From Escherichia phage RCS47, in the sequence record NC_042128.1: DNA of 64,000 nucleotides, one strand, 5' to 3'. Positions within the stretch are counted from its first letter, which is position 1; every line of letters starts with the position of its first letter. Below the pieces are notes generated by a model. That model searched no databases. It saw nothing but the letters and a program-made list of their open reading frames with translations, and was not told the DNA's origin. Positions 1 to 10,200 of this stretch are shown here, piece by piece. A program made the position numbers and the translations under genes.

Positions 1-17
1 ACATTATACGAAGTTAT
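1..17. other. loxP site, distal part (window starts inside the 34-bp site)
   Basis: ACAT+TATACGAAGTTAT matches the last 4 nt of the loxP spacer plus the 13-bp right arm; cre follows. Confidence 0.8.
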
Positions 18-84
18 CTTAAGGGTTATTGAACATGATCAATTTACCTGTAAATCCATACAGTTCAATACCTTATCAGGTCAA

Positions 85-115
85 ATAGTGATCACTTGAT
101 CATTTGATCAAGGTT
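85..115. promoter_or_regulatory. GATC (Dam site) cluster upstream of cra/cre
   Basis: GATC at 37, 90, 98 and 106, three within 20 bp; the P1 cre promoter region is known to be Dam-sensitive. Confidence 0.4.
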
Positions 116-206
116 GCGCTACGTAAAATCTGTGAAATGTTGGCAGTGTTAGTGCTCCAGATTTCGCGTAGCGCACTTAGCACCACCAATCAATCAGAGG
201 TGAAAA

Positions 207-428
207 ATGGGATATTCAGCTGCTAAAGTGTCCACTCATATTGAGCTTGAGAAAAACCGTGGTTACTGGCGGGCAAAAGGGTTTGATCGTGATAGTTGTC
301 AACTGTCATTATCGCGCGGTGAAGAGAAAATAGAACGCACGCGCGGTCGCTGGCGTTTCTATGACGAGAACCATAAACAGGTAAAGGCAGAGCCGATCCT
401 GTACACTTTACTTAAAACCATTATCTGA
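207..428 (+). CDS. small protein between lox and cre (Cra-like by position)
   Basis: 73-aa ORF with ATG start, ends 8 bp before cre. Confidence 0.4.
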   Translation: MGYSAAKVSTHIELEKNRGYWRAKGFDRDSCQLSLSRGEEKIERTRGRWRFYDENHKQVKAEPILYTLLKTII

Positions 429-435
429 GTGTTAA

Positions 436-1467
436 ATGTCCAATTTACTGACCGTACACCAAAATTTGCCTGCATTACCGGTCGATGCAACGAGTGATGA
501 GGTTCGCAAGAACCTGATGGACATGTTCAGGGATCGCCAGGCGTTTTCTGAGCATACCTGGAAAATGCTTCTGTCCGTTTGCCGATCGTGGGCGGCATGG
601 TGCAAGTTGAATAACCGGAAATGGTTTCCCGCAGAACCTGAAGATGTTCGCGATTACCTTCTATATCTTCAGGCGCGTGGTCTGGCAGTAAAAACTATCC
701 AGCAACATTTGGGCCAGCTAAACATGCTTCATCGTCGGTCCGGGCTGCCACGACCAAGTGACAGCAATGCTGTTTCACTGGTCATGCGACGGATCCGAAA
801 AGAAAACGTTGATGCCGGTGAACGTGCAAAACAGGCTCTAGCGTTCGAACGCACTGATTTCGACCAGGTTCGTTCACTCATGGAAAATAGCGATCGCTGC
901 CAGGATATACGTAATCTGGCATTTCTGGGGATTGCTTATAACACCCTGTTACGTATAGCCGAAATTGCCAGGATCAGGGTTAAAGATATCTCACGTACTG
1001 ACGGTGGGAGAATGTTAATCCATATTGGCAGAACGAAAACGCTGGTTAGTACCGCAGGTGTAGAGAAGGCACTTAGCCTGGGGGTAACTAAACTGGTCGA
1101 GCGATGGATTTCCGTCTCTGGTGTAGCTGATGATCCGAATAACTACCTGTTTTGCCGGGTCAGAAAAAATGGTGTTGCCGCGCCATCATCCACCAGCCAG
1201 CTATCAACTCGCGCCTTGGAAGGGATTTTTGAAGCAACTCACCGATTGATTTACGGGGCAAAAGATGACTCTGGTCAGCGATACCTGGCCTGGTCTGGAC
1301 ATAGTGCCCGTGTCGGTGCCGCGCGAGATATGGCCCGCGCCGGAGTTTCAATACCGGAGATCATGCAAGCTGGTGGCTGGACCAACGTAAATATTGTCAT
1401 GAACTACATTCGTAACCTGGATAGTGAAACGGGGGCAATGGTGCGCCTGCTGGAAGATGGCGACTAG
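436..1467 (+). CDS. cre: Cre tyrosine site-specific recombinase
   Basis: 343-aa product MSNLLTVHQNLPALPVDATSDEVRKNLMDMFRDRQAFSEHTWKML... matches Cre as recalled; adjacent loxP. Confidence 0.97.
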   Translation: MSNLLTVHQNLPALPVDATSDEVRKNLMDMFRDRQAFSEHTWKMLLSVCRSWAAWCKLNNRKWFPAEPEDVRDYLLYLQARGLAVKTIQQHLGQLNMLHRRSGLPRPSDSNAVSLVMRRIRKENVDAGERAKQALAFERTDFDQVRSLMENSDRCQDIRNLAFLGIAYNTLLRIAEIARIRVKDISRTDGGRMLIHIGRTKTLVSTAGVEKALSLGVTKLVERWISVSGVADDPNNYLFCRVRKNGVAAPSSTSQLSTRALEGIFEATHRLIYGAKDDSGQRYLAWSGHSARVGAARDMARAGVSIPEIMQAGGWTNVNIVMNYIRNLDSETGAMVRLLEDGD

Positions 1468-1484
1468 CCGTTTATTTACTCTTG

Positions 1485-1501
1485 ATTGCTCTAATTATTT
1501 G
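1485..1501. promoter_or_regulatory. C1 repressor operator-like site
   Basis: ATTGCTCTAATTATTTG vs P1 operator consensus ATTGCTCTAATAAATTT. Confidence 0.5.
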
Positions 1502-1517
1502 ATATTTATGGTGACAC

Positions 1518-1829
1518 ATGCGGAAGGATTTCAAAATAGACGGAAAATATGTGGTGCTGTCTGTAAGCTCTCAAATTCAGTCACCATCTGTCATTGTCAC
1601 CGTAAAGTTGAGCGATAGGATGCCTGATATCGACTCGATATCTGTTGCGTTCCCCGTTAAAAGTATGCGGAGTGCTGAACATTTTGTGATGAATGCAACG
1701 GAGGAGGAAGCGCGGCGCGGGCTTACTAGAGTGATGGCGGAATTTGGCGAACTCCTGGGTAAGGTAAACAATGCCCTTTCAATCAGTTCAGCAAGATCCA
1801 AAGCGTTAACAGCTTCCATGATGAAATAA
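1518..1829 (+). CDS. hypothetical protein at the c8 position of P1
   Basis: 103-aa ORF between cre and ref; assignment by synteny only. Confidence 0.35.
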   Translation: MRKDFKIDGKYVVLSVSSQIQSPSVIVTVKLSDRMPDIDSISVAFPVKSMRSAEHFVMNATEEEARRGLTRVMAEFGELLGKVNNALSISSARSKALTASMMK

Positions 1830-1960
1830 AAAAAGCCTGGCAAGGAGCCAGGCTGCACAAAAGAGCGGGTTTGTATTCCGCATCCAATCAATCAAGAAGG
1901 AGTATAGCACACAGGTACTGAAGTGAAAAAATGTGATTCGCGATTAACAAAATATCTACC

Positions 1961-1990
1961 ATTGCTCTAATTGATTGCTATAATTAAGCC
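1961..1990. promoter_or_regulatory. tandem overlapping C1 operator-like sites upstream of ref
   Basis: ATTGCTCTAATTGATTG followed by ATTGCTATAATTAAGCC; ref is C1-controlled in P1. Confidence 0.5.
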
Positions 1991-2044
1991 GCAGTTTTTG
2001 TCAACTACGAAGACGTTGCCATTACTTAACTCCTTGACATCATT

Positions 2045-2070
2045 GGCGGCCATTAGGCCGCCTTTTTTTT
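2045..2070 (+). terminator. GC hairpin plus T8 tract immediately upstream of ref ATG (terminator/attenuator-like)
   Basis: GGCGGCC-ATTA-GGCCGCC followed by TTTTTTTT, ends 5 nt before ref start. Confidence 0.5.
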
Positions 2071-2075
2071 GCCAT

Positions 2076-2636
2076 ATGAAAACAATCGAACAAAAACTTG
2101 AACAGCGCCGCGAGTGGCAGAAGGCAGCCAGAGAACGAGCGATCGCTCGGCAACGGGAAAAGTTGGCTGACCCCGCCTGGCGAGAATCGCAATATCAGAA
2201 AATGCGGGATTCTATCGACCGCCGTATCGCTAAACAGAAAGAGCGCCCACCAGCCAGCAAAACGCGGAAAAGTGCGGTAAAGATAAAATCTCGTGGCTTG
2301 AAGGGGCGAACATCGACAGCGGAGGAACGGAGCATCGCCAATGCTCTTGGCGCTCTCCCCTGCATTGCCTGCTACATGCATGGAGTAATATCTGAAGAGG
2401 TATCTCTGCACCATATCTCCGGTCGTACCGCGCCGGGTTGTCACAAAAAGCAATTGCCCCTTTGTAGATGGCACCACCAGCATGCAGCACCGGCTGAAGT
2501 AAGAGAAAAATACCCCTGGCTGGTCCCTGTTCATGCCGATGGTGTGGTTGGAGGCAAGAAAGAATTCACCTTGCTGAACAAGTCAGAGATGGAGTTGCTG
2601 GCTGACGCCTATGAGATGGCAAACATCATGCACTAA
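2076..2636 (+). CDS. ref: Ref recombination enhancement function (HNH endonuclease)
   Basis: 186-aa product from internal ATG of the 221-aa ORF; MKTIEQKLEQRREWQKAARERAIARQ... and Cys/His-rich HNH region. Confidence 0.85.
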   Translation: MKTIEQKLEQRREWQKAARERAIARQREKLADPAWRESQYQKMRDSIDRRIAKQKERPPASKTRKSAVKIKSRGLKGRTSTAEERSIANALGALPCIACYMHGVISEEVSLHHISGRTAPGCHKKQLPLCRWHHQHAAPAEVREKYPWLVPVHADGVVGGKKEFTLLNKSEMELLADAYEMANIMH

Positions 2637-2825
2637 TAAATATATTATTTTTAATCTGAAATAATTGACAACTGACAAGTGACTTCAGTCAGAATCATCA
2701 CATGCCCGGTACGGATGGATCCCTTTTCAAATATTCCATGGACGGCACAGTCTGAGTACCGGGCGCTACCTTCAGTTGTATTGCTAAGCCGCCGCTGGTG
2801 GCTTTTCTTTTTTGTAGGGGGCGCT

Positions 2826-3467
2826 ATGGATAAGAAAATATGCGTTGTTTCAATGAGCGTCGGCAAACCGGCGTCAATGACTGCTGCATGGATCAACAAT
2901 GAGCTGATAATGGCTGAGCGGACCAGCTACCCTGAACGCCGCCGCGATATGGAACTCCAGCTGCTGCGCGAATTGCGAGAAAAAGAGGAAAAGGGTTTTA
3001 TCGTGCTGGTGGAAGAGGAAAACAGCTTTATTACTGGTCGAGTTGGCCAGCGTGTAAGGTTGCGCGATCCCTTCATGAACGGCAGGCCGGTACTGATTGA
3101 AGCAATGCAGATTTACAAGGAGCTGGAACGCCAGAAAGCGATCAAGTTACCGCGCAAGGAATCCGGCAAATACATCCTCCACCAAAGCATCTTCGATTCC
3201 GAACACGATAAAAAAGGCGATGAATTTTTCAACATCAACTGGAGTGAAATAACGACAGAGCATGTTCTGACGTTACTATGTTGCTTTGCGACGGAATACA
3301 ACAACGTTGCCAGCGCCGACTACATCAGGGCAATGGCTGGAGAAGTTGAGGCCCGCCAGGAACCATCGTTACTAAGCCCTCTGATTAACATAATTCGCGG
3401 AACCCAAACACTGGCGCAAAAACAAGTACCACGAGGGGAATTGACGGGTAAAGGTAATTATCTCTGA
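2826..3467 (+). CDS. Mat-like protein (by synteny after ref)
   Basis: ATG at 2826 preceded by GGGGG; 213 aa; position matches P1 mat. Confidence 0.5.
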   Translation: MDKKICVVSMSVGKPASMTAAWINNELIMAERTSYPERRRDMELQLLRELREKEEKGFIVLVEEENSFITGRVGQRVRLRDPFMNGRPVLIEAMQIYKELERQKAIKLPRKESGKYILHQSIFDSEHDKKGDEFFNINWSEITTEHVLTLLCCFATEYNNVASADYIRAMAGEVEARQEPSLLSPLINIIRGTQTLAQKQVPRGELTGKGNYL

Positions 3468-3506
3468 AAGATGCCCGGCGACAGACCGGGCAAAAGGGCG
3501 GAAAGT

Positions 3507-3755
3507 TTAATCAGCATTCAGGAGCAATGCGTTATCTATGATGATCTGCTCCCATTCTTCGAATGCCCGATCGCGGACGCCCTGGGGAACACTGTTAGTT
3601 TTGAAATCGACGACCGTACGCCATTTCCCGTCCGGACGGTACATGCGCAGAGCTTTACTTCCCCCTTCCCTGCGCACCTCAACGTTATGCTTGTCAGCAA
3701 ACTCTTGTAATGCTCGTAGCGTCCCATGCTTTACTGTGTAGTATCGCTTTTTCAA
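3507..3755 (-). CDS. lxc: Lxc/Bof C1 co-repressor
   Basis: 82-aa product MKKRYYTVKHG...; TTG start overlapping upstream stop; last gene of darB-ulx-lxc operon. Confidence 0.6.
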   Translation of the reverse strand: MKKRYYTVKHGTLRALQEFADKHNVEVRREGGSKALRMYRPDGKWRTVVDFKTNSVPQGVRDRAFEEWEQIIIDNALLLNAD

Positions 3756-4192
3756 GTTTTCTCTCCAGCCTGTGCCAAGGCTTCAACTTCCAAATCGTAA
3801 GACTCAAACTCATAGTCCTGGTCGTCAACTTCTTCAGGCACTGGCAGTAAATGCCAGGCTGAGTATATCTGACCATTATCAAAACGCTCCTGGCTGTAGA
3901 GCGTCGCGGCTATGAGTGTTAGCGCCGGGCGGTCATAACGGTAAATTTTGCGAACGTCACGGTCAACGAGACGACCGAAATTACCATAACCGCGCTCCAG
4001 TAATAATTTTTTAATTTCCGGCCAGTATGGGCCATAGCTGCGGTACAGGCGGGGATTTTTCAGTAATCGCCCGCGTAGCCCTGACAGGAAGAAATCAACG
4101 TATTCGTCTTCTGTCTTTCCTAACAATGCCGTACGCAGTACCGCCTCAAGATATGTTTTATTCGGTTTTATTGTATCAGATAGTGTGGCCAT
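3752..4192 (-). CDS. Ulx-like protein (upstream of lxc)
   Basis: 146-aa ORF, ATG start, between darB and lxc. Confidence 0.45.
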   Translation of the reverse strand: MATLSDTIKPNKTYLEAVLRTALLGKTEDEYVDFFLSGLRGRLLKNPRLYRSYGPYWPEIKKLLLERGYGNFGRLVDRDVRKIYRYDRPALTLIAATLYSQERFDNGQIYSAWHLLPVPEEVDDQDYEFESYDLEVEALAQAGEKT

Positions 4193-4225
4193 ATTATGCG
4201 ACGCCCGGCGAACCGGGCGCTCCTG

Positions 4226-7200
4226 TTATGCGTATTGTTGGATGACGGCCAGAACGTCCGCCACGTTGTGTTTTGTCTCGATAATCCACCAGTTACCCGG
4301 GAAATCGCTGTTCTTCGCCTTCGCTGGCAGCCAGCGAGCGCCGAATTTCGCCTTGATTGCGTCTTTCGCACGGAAAAGAACGCCTTTCATGCCTGAGGCT
4401 TCCTGAAGCCCAAATACCTCGCCAGCGGCGAATTTTGGTGCGTACATCATCTTCAGGTCGGCGGTGGATACGCGATAATTCAGACCAAGAGACTGAGCTA
4501 TGCTGGTGGCATCACCCTGTATTGATGATAACTCTTCTTGTTTCTCGTTTCTGGCGGCAATTTCTTCCTCCGTGATGTTGCCAAGGGCCAGGTTTATCCG
4601 ATCAGCGTCGGCCTGTTTCTCTTCATCGGTGCGTCCGGCAAGAACCGTGTTAACTCTCTGCAATATCTCCACATGATTCTTGCGCATGCTGAGCAATTCC
4701 GGCGTAACCTCGTTAAGATCCACCAGCCCAAGGATGGCAAGGTCGGAAAACATTGATACCAGGTTGTAGGTCATGCGATAGCTGAGTTGACCATAGGCTG
4801 ATGGCAACTTCACCGCATCCATTTGATAGGCATCCATAAATTTAGAGCCGTCGTTTACGACATCCGCAATTGCCGGTGTGATTTTTCCTGTGGTGGCGGC
4901 CTCCCTGATTGCTGTTACCCACGATTGAGTCAGCGCGGCGACTGCATGATTCAGATTGGCTTTCCGTTCTGCTGCAATGCGCGCACTTGCTGCGTCCATT
5001 GCCTGCTTGATCTCGTCTTTATTGCTGTAAATGCCAATGGTGCCAAACTGTGCTGTGGTGATCTCATAATCTGACGCCCGGAACTCATTGGTACCGAAAA
5101 TGGCATTGGTGACTTCAAGTTCAGAATCCCCGTTACGAGTAGACCCCTGGCTTGTTTTTTCCGGCATTCTGGCGATCGCATCCGCTATTTTCTCCTGAAT
5201 TGCTTCAGGGGATAGCGTATCTCCGTATGACGCGATTACATCGCCATAATTGGAGCCAAACAATTCAACCAGGAATGTTTCTGCCGAACGGATCTGGCGG
5301 TTATTCCCTTCCGACATCATACCAAGCACCCATTTTGCAATTGACGACTTCAGCGCGCCGTCACGGCGATCCGGGTAAACCGCATGCTTCAGTGGGTCCG
5401 TATAGGTGCCAACAAAATCAATGCTATAGCCTGACTCTGTAGTCTGAACGCCGTATGAGTCAGTGATTTTGATCATGCCGCGCTGCTGGAAACGGTAGAA
5501 ATCGTCACAGGAAATGATGTCGTTAATCCCGGCGATGGAGACGCCACCACTGATTTTCTGCATAACAGCATCTTCATCGGGAGTTACATCCACCTGTTTA
5601 TCCAGCGTCTTCACATCCCAGTTACCCGATTTGGTGCCTTTGAAGGTAAAGATGATCTCCACGTCTGCGCGCGGGCTGTCGAAGTCCAGCGACTTAATGC
5701 GAACGATATCACCGGCACAATCGTAGTATTGGCCTACACGCCATGAGCGATCGCCGATAACAAGGAACTCATTCGCATGGTTAACCAGATCAGGATCAAC
5801 ATCCAGAATGCCTTTATTTATTGCATCCTCCACCAGCGGGCGCAGGCGTTTGATATCCGTCGCGGCCTTCTGAGTACGGTTCAATAATTTCTCATAGCGG
5901 GAGATGGCCTGAGAGATATTAGCCTTGCGCTGAATGGCGCTTTTCAACGACGCGCGATACTGTGCTAACAACGTACGGTCTGTGTGATGGACGCTACCCC
6001 AGCGGGCTTTCCAGTCTGCGTTATCAGCTGCTTTGGCCATTACCGCCTGTTTGAATTTAGCTACCTCGGCGGTGGTCTTTTCAAGTTCCGCTTTGCTTCG
6101 CTCTAATTCAGCGGTAAGTACCTCCGCATCCTCGCCAGCTGCGTGCTGCGCCTTGATGTAGCTCTGAAGGTCGATAGTAGCCTGTTCTTTCTGGCGAGCG
6201 CGTTGCGCGGCTTTCGCCTTATCCATTTGAACCTGCATCATTGCCAGACGTTCGCCGTCATCCTTCGCGGTATACATCTGCATTTCGATCATGTCATTGG
6301 CGTCGGCGTTCTCCATTTCCGACTTATCTGAACGGAGGATATCGGAGATCCAGCCTGCTTTACGCTTCAGCGTCTTCAATCGGTATTCATCGAAAGACCC
6401 CTTGCCGCAGTAGTAGTGAACGCGAACGCTTGCACGGTTGGAGCCAACTCGAGCACCGCGACCGTTACGTTGTGCGATGCTGGCTGGAGTCCACGGCAAC
6501 GTCAGGTGGTGGATATCCGTCGTTCCTCGATGCAGGTTGATACCCACCTCTGCCTTTTTGTTGCAGATGATGATCGGAGTCCGGCCCTCCTGGAAGTCGG
6601 CTGCAATCTTTTCCAGACCGCCCAACGACATTTCATTTTGCTGCGCGATATAGGCGTCATACAGAGCCATTTGCTCGTTGTATTTCGCTATCTGTGCATC
6701 TGTTGGTTCATCCGGTAACTCTTTCGGCGGTTTAACCGCTTTCAGTTTCTTACCGGTTTTACCTGCCTCGGCAACCGTCTGAGCATTCAGGATCCCCACC
6801 TTTGAAGGTTCAAGGTTAAGAGCATTGCAGATAATGCGCTTGAGCTTCTGGTGCTGCGTTTTTTCATCGGTGAAGATGATTTGCTTACCTTCCGGGAAAA
6901 ACTCCTTCAGCGTGGCAATCAGCTTCGCGTATTTGGGCGTAACGGGGTGAGTTACGGTCTGTTCGTCAATGCCAAACCTGGCCAGGCGCTTATTCACTTC
7001 CTGCTCGAACGCTTCCGGAACCTGTAACTGAATAAACTCGCCCTTATCTATCAGGGAGTATTGCGATTGCTGCGTGATTGAATCATCACTGTCGTCGTCT
7101 TCGCTGGTGGCTTGTTTAGGCAAACTGTCCGCCAGCTGCTGCACCGCATCGGCGTACTCCGGCAGGAAACGATAGGTGATCCGGCGATAGTACAGGTCCA

Positions 7201-10200
7201 TGTCAGTACATACGCGGTCCATATCCCTGATTATTGAGAAGATCGGACGGGCCTTCTCGTGCTCAATCACGCCGTCTTCATTGACCGAGGTCGTTACGCC
7301 ATTGTTGGCTTTTGCTGTCGCTTCCGCCTGCTGACGCAATTCTTCATACGCCGCCAGTTGTTCTTCAGTAAGTGGTGCATCCTGCTGGTGTTCGTCCAGT
7401 GCCGGGATCTCCACGGTATCCTTAACGTCTTCCGCCGTTTTAAGCGTTGTCCAGCGATGGAATATGCCGCGCAGCGCATCAAGGTTTTCAAAGCCCACCA
7501 GCGCCATTTTTTCTTCAACTTCACCGCTGATTTTCTGTACCGTTTCCAGCCTGGTCTTGCCGAAGAATTTAACGAAGTCATCAGGACCGTAGATCCCCAT
7601 CTTCTGCCAGTATTCCTTCGGCAGAACATGAGAAAGCATGTTGTATGCATCGATCGGGGTGTTAACGACTGGCGTTGCAGTCAGGAGAACCGGTCCGCGC
7701 CCGCCATTCTTTTTCATCAGGTACGCGTTTTTGATTGCCATATCTCGCGCCGATTGCGCTACCGCGCTGGTGGGCAGATAGGCCAGCTGTGACGCTTCGC
7801 GACCATTTTTATAGCTATTGCGGTAGTTGTGGCCTTCGTCGGCGATCACGCTGTCGAAGCCCATATCCTCAAAGTACGGATACTTCTCTGCTTTTTCGGT
7901 ACCGGTATCTGAATACTCCGACAATACCCGGCGACGCGCCGCCTCTTTGCGATGGGAATCGGAATCCATTGCGCTGGCTACGCGCCCAGCGGCAACGAAG
8001 TCATAAAGCATATCCTGTGCATGCTCATCTACGGTGTCATCACGTAGCGGAATGCGGGCGTATTGTTCTTTGGTAAACACGACTGCACGGTAATTTGAGT
8101 GCGGGATCGCGTTCATCCGCGCCGTGATAGTGGCTTCATCTGCCAGCTTAAGAGCATCGCGCATAACTGGAGTGCCATCAGTACCAAGAACTGGTTTACC
8201 GTTCTCATCGAGCACCGGCACCTGGCGAATCTGATCGCCATCCATCAGCACATCAAGACCGACGAACAGGTAGTTACTGAATGCCTCTTCACTCAGGAAT
8301 TCTTTTGCTTCGTAATACCAGTTTTCCAGCACTGATTTAGGCACTACATACGCAGTACGGGTGGAGCGACCGTTCTCATAGTTGAACGCCTCAAGCGCCA
8401 GTGCGGTCGTTGTTTTACCCAGCCCGGTGCCGAAGCCCAGGATGCCGCGCCCATCTTCGGACAGTCGGCGCACCTCGCTATTCTGGTAATCAAATGGCTG
8501 GCGCTTACCGCTTAATCCCTTCAACCCAAGCGGATCGCCAGAGTGTTCATACGGGATATTGCTATTGAACACATCGTTGTATTTGGCAACCAGCTCATCG
8601 TAGCGATCGTGCGTCTTGATCCACTTATTGAACTGGTCCTCAAGCAGTGCCATCTGCTCGCGGTAGCCGTTCGCCGTCGCGCTATCTTTGCCACCGATAC
8701 GCGCACCATTGAGATACTTTTCCAGCTGTGCCGGGAACCCGGTCGCGTTTTCACCTGATTTACGGTCCCACTCGTAGCGGATCTCGCCTGTTTCTTTATC
8801 CTTACGCTGGACGACACCGTATCGCTGCCCGACGAACAGGCCATCACCACCGTGATAGGTGTCAGAAACCATTTCGTCGCCTTCCAACTGCACTGACTGC
8901 ACATAGCGCAGATCCGGATAGCCGTTTTCCTGCAAAAACTCCAGAATGACGGAACGGTCGAACCAACGGCTATTGAGCTTAAAGCGGATATTCTCTGCTG
9001 GCGTCTTGATGCGCTTCTCTTCGATCGCTGCCAGCTGATTAAGGACGTTGTTCTTTACTGGACCGTCGGGGAGCGTGGCGAGGAATTCCTGTTTTGGAGC
9101 CACTATCTCGTTAATGTCGCCGCTGGTGGCGCGGGCGAACGGAACAATCCCGCCATACGGTGAAACCGCAATGCCAGGGGTGCTGGCCAATAAATTAAGC
9201 AACTCGTCATCACTGGCTGGCAGTTCGCCGGTAAACGCAAGGCGGAAATCATCGAGCTGGATTGGATCGCGAGTGAGATCACTGTAGAGATAACGCAGGG
9301 TGTCCTGATAGCTGGTGGAGTCATAACTGGCGCTGGAATCATGCGTAACCAGTTTTCCTGTCAGCTCGTCAGAAATAGTGCCATCCAGCTTAATTGCACC
9401 ACGGAAAGCAAACCAGGCGCGCGCACCGCTCCCCGATAATTTCGCTATCGGACCGCGACCGGGGTTACCAAAACGGTCAATCTCTGCCTGCAAACGGGAT
9501 ACCAGAGAAAGGCGCTGCTGTTCGATTTGTTCAGCACTATGCCCGGCGGCCTTCATGTCCTGATATTCAATTAACATCCGGCCAATCATCGCCCCGCGAT
9601 ACAAGCGTTCACGGTATTTTTCAGGCTGACTGTTAATCCAGTCCACCAGCTGCACCATATCGTCGCTGATTGATGTGGTGTACTTATCGCGGACATTTGC
9701 CATCTGGGTAAATGTCATACCGAGACGGCCTTCTGTTGTAGTCAGGTTACGCTGAAGAGCCTCCCAGCTATCCGCGCCATAACTGGCAGCATCAATCTTA
9801 AGCTCCTTACCAGCATCAGCTTCAATCCAGCGGCCACCAGCATATTTTTGCCATACGCCATTAATCAGGCGCATTTCCCCTTCACCAACAACGTCTGCGG
9901 TCGGTGACGGTTCAGCCATATCGAGCAAAGACCAGTCGATACGGCTTTCGAAACGATGAATCAGCTTCGCTTTAAGAGCCTGGTTATCAATCTGACCGTT
10001 GGCACGAACCTCAATACGCCCCCGGAAGCCCTTTTCCTGGGTGCCATGAACAAACCGGCGGCCATCCTTTTCAAACCACTTGCCAGAAATAAACGTTGGC
10101 CAAAGCATATTTGCCGATTCAAGAGTGCTTTCATCCACCAGGGGGATTTTCTCAGCCATCTCTGCCGGATGTTTGCGCATCAGCACCACATCTACGACCG

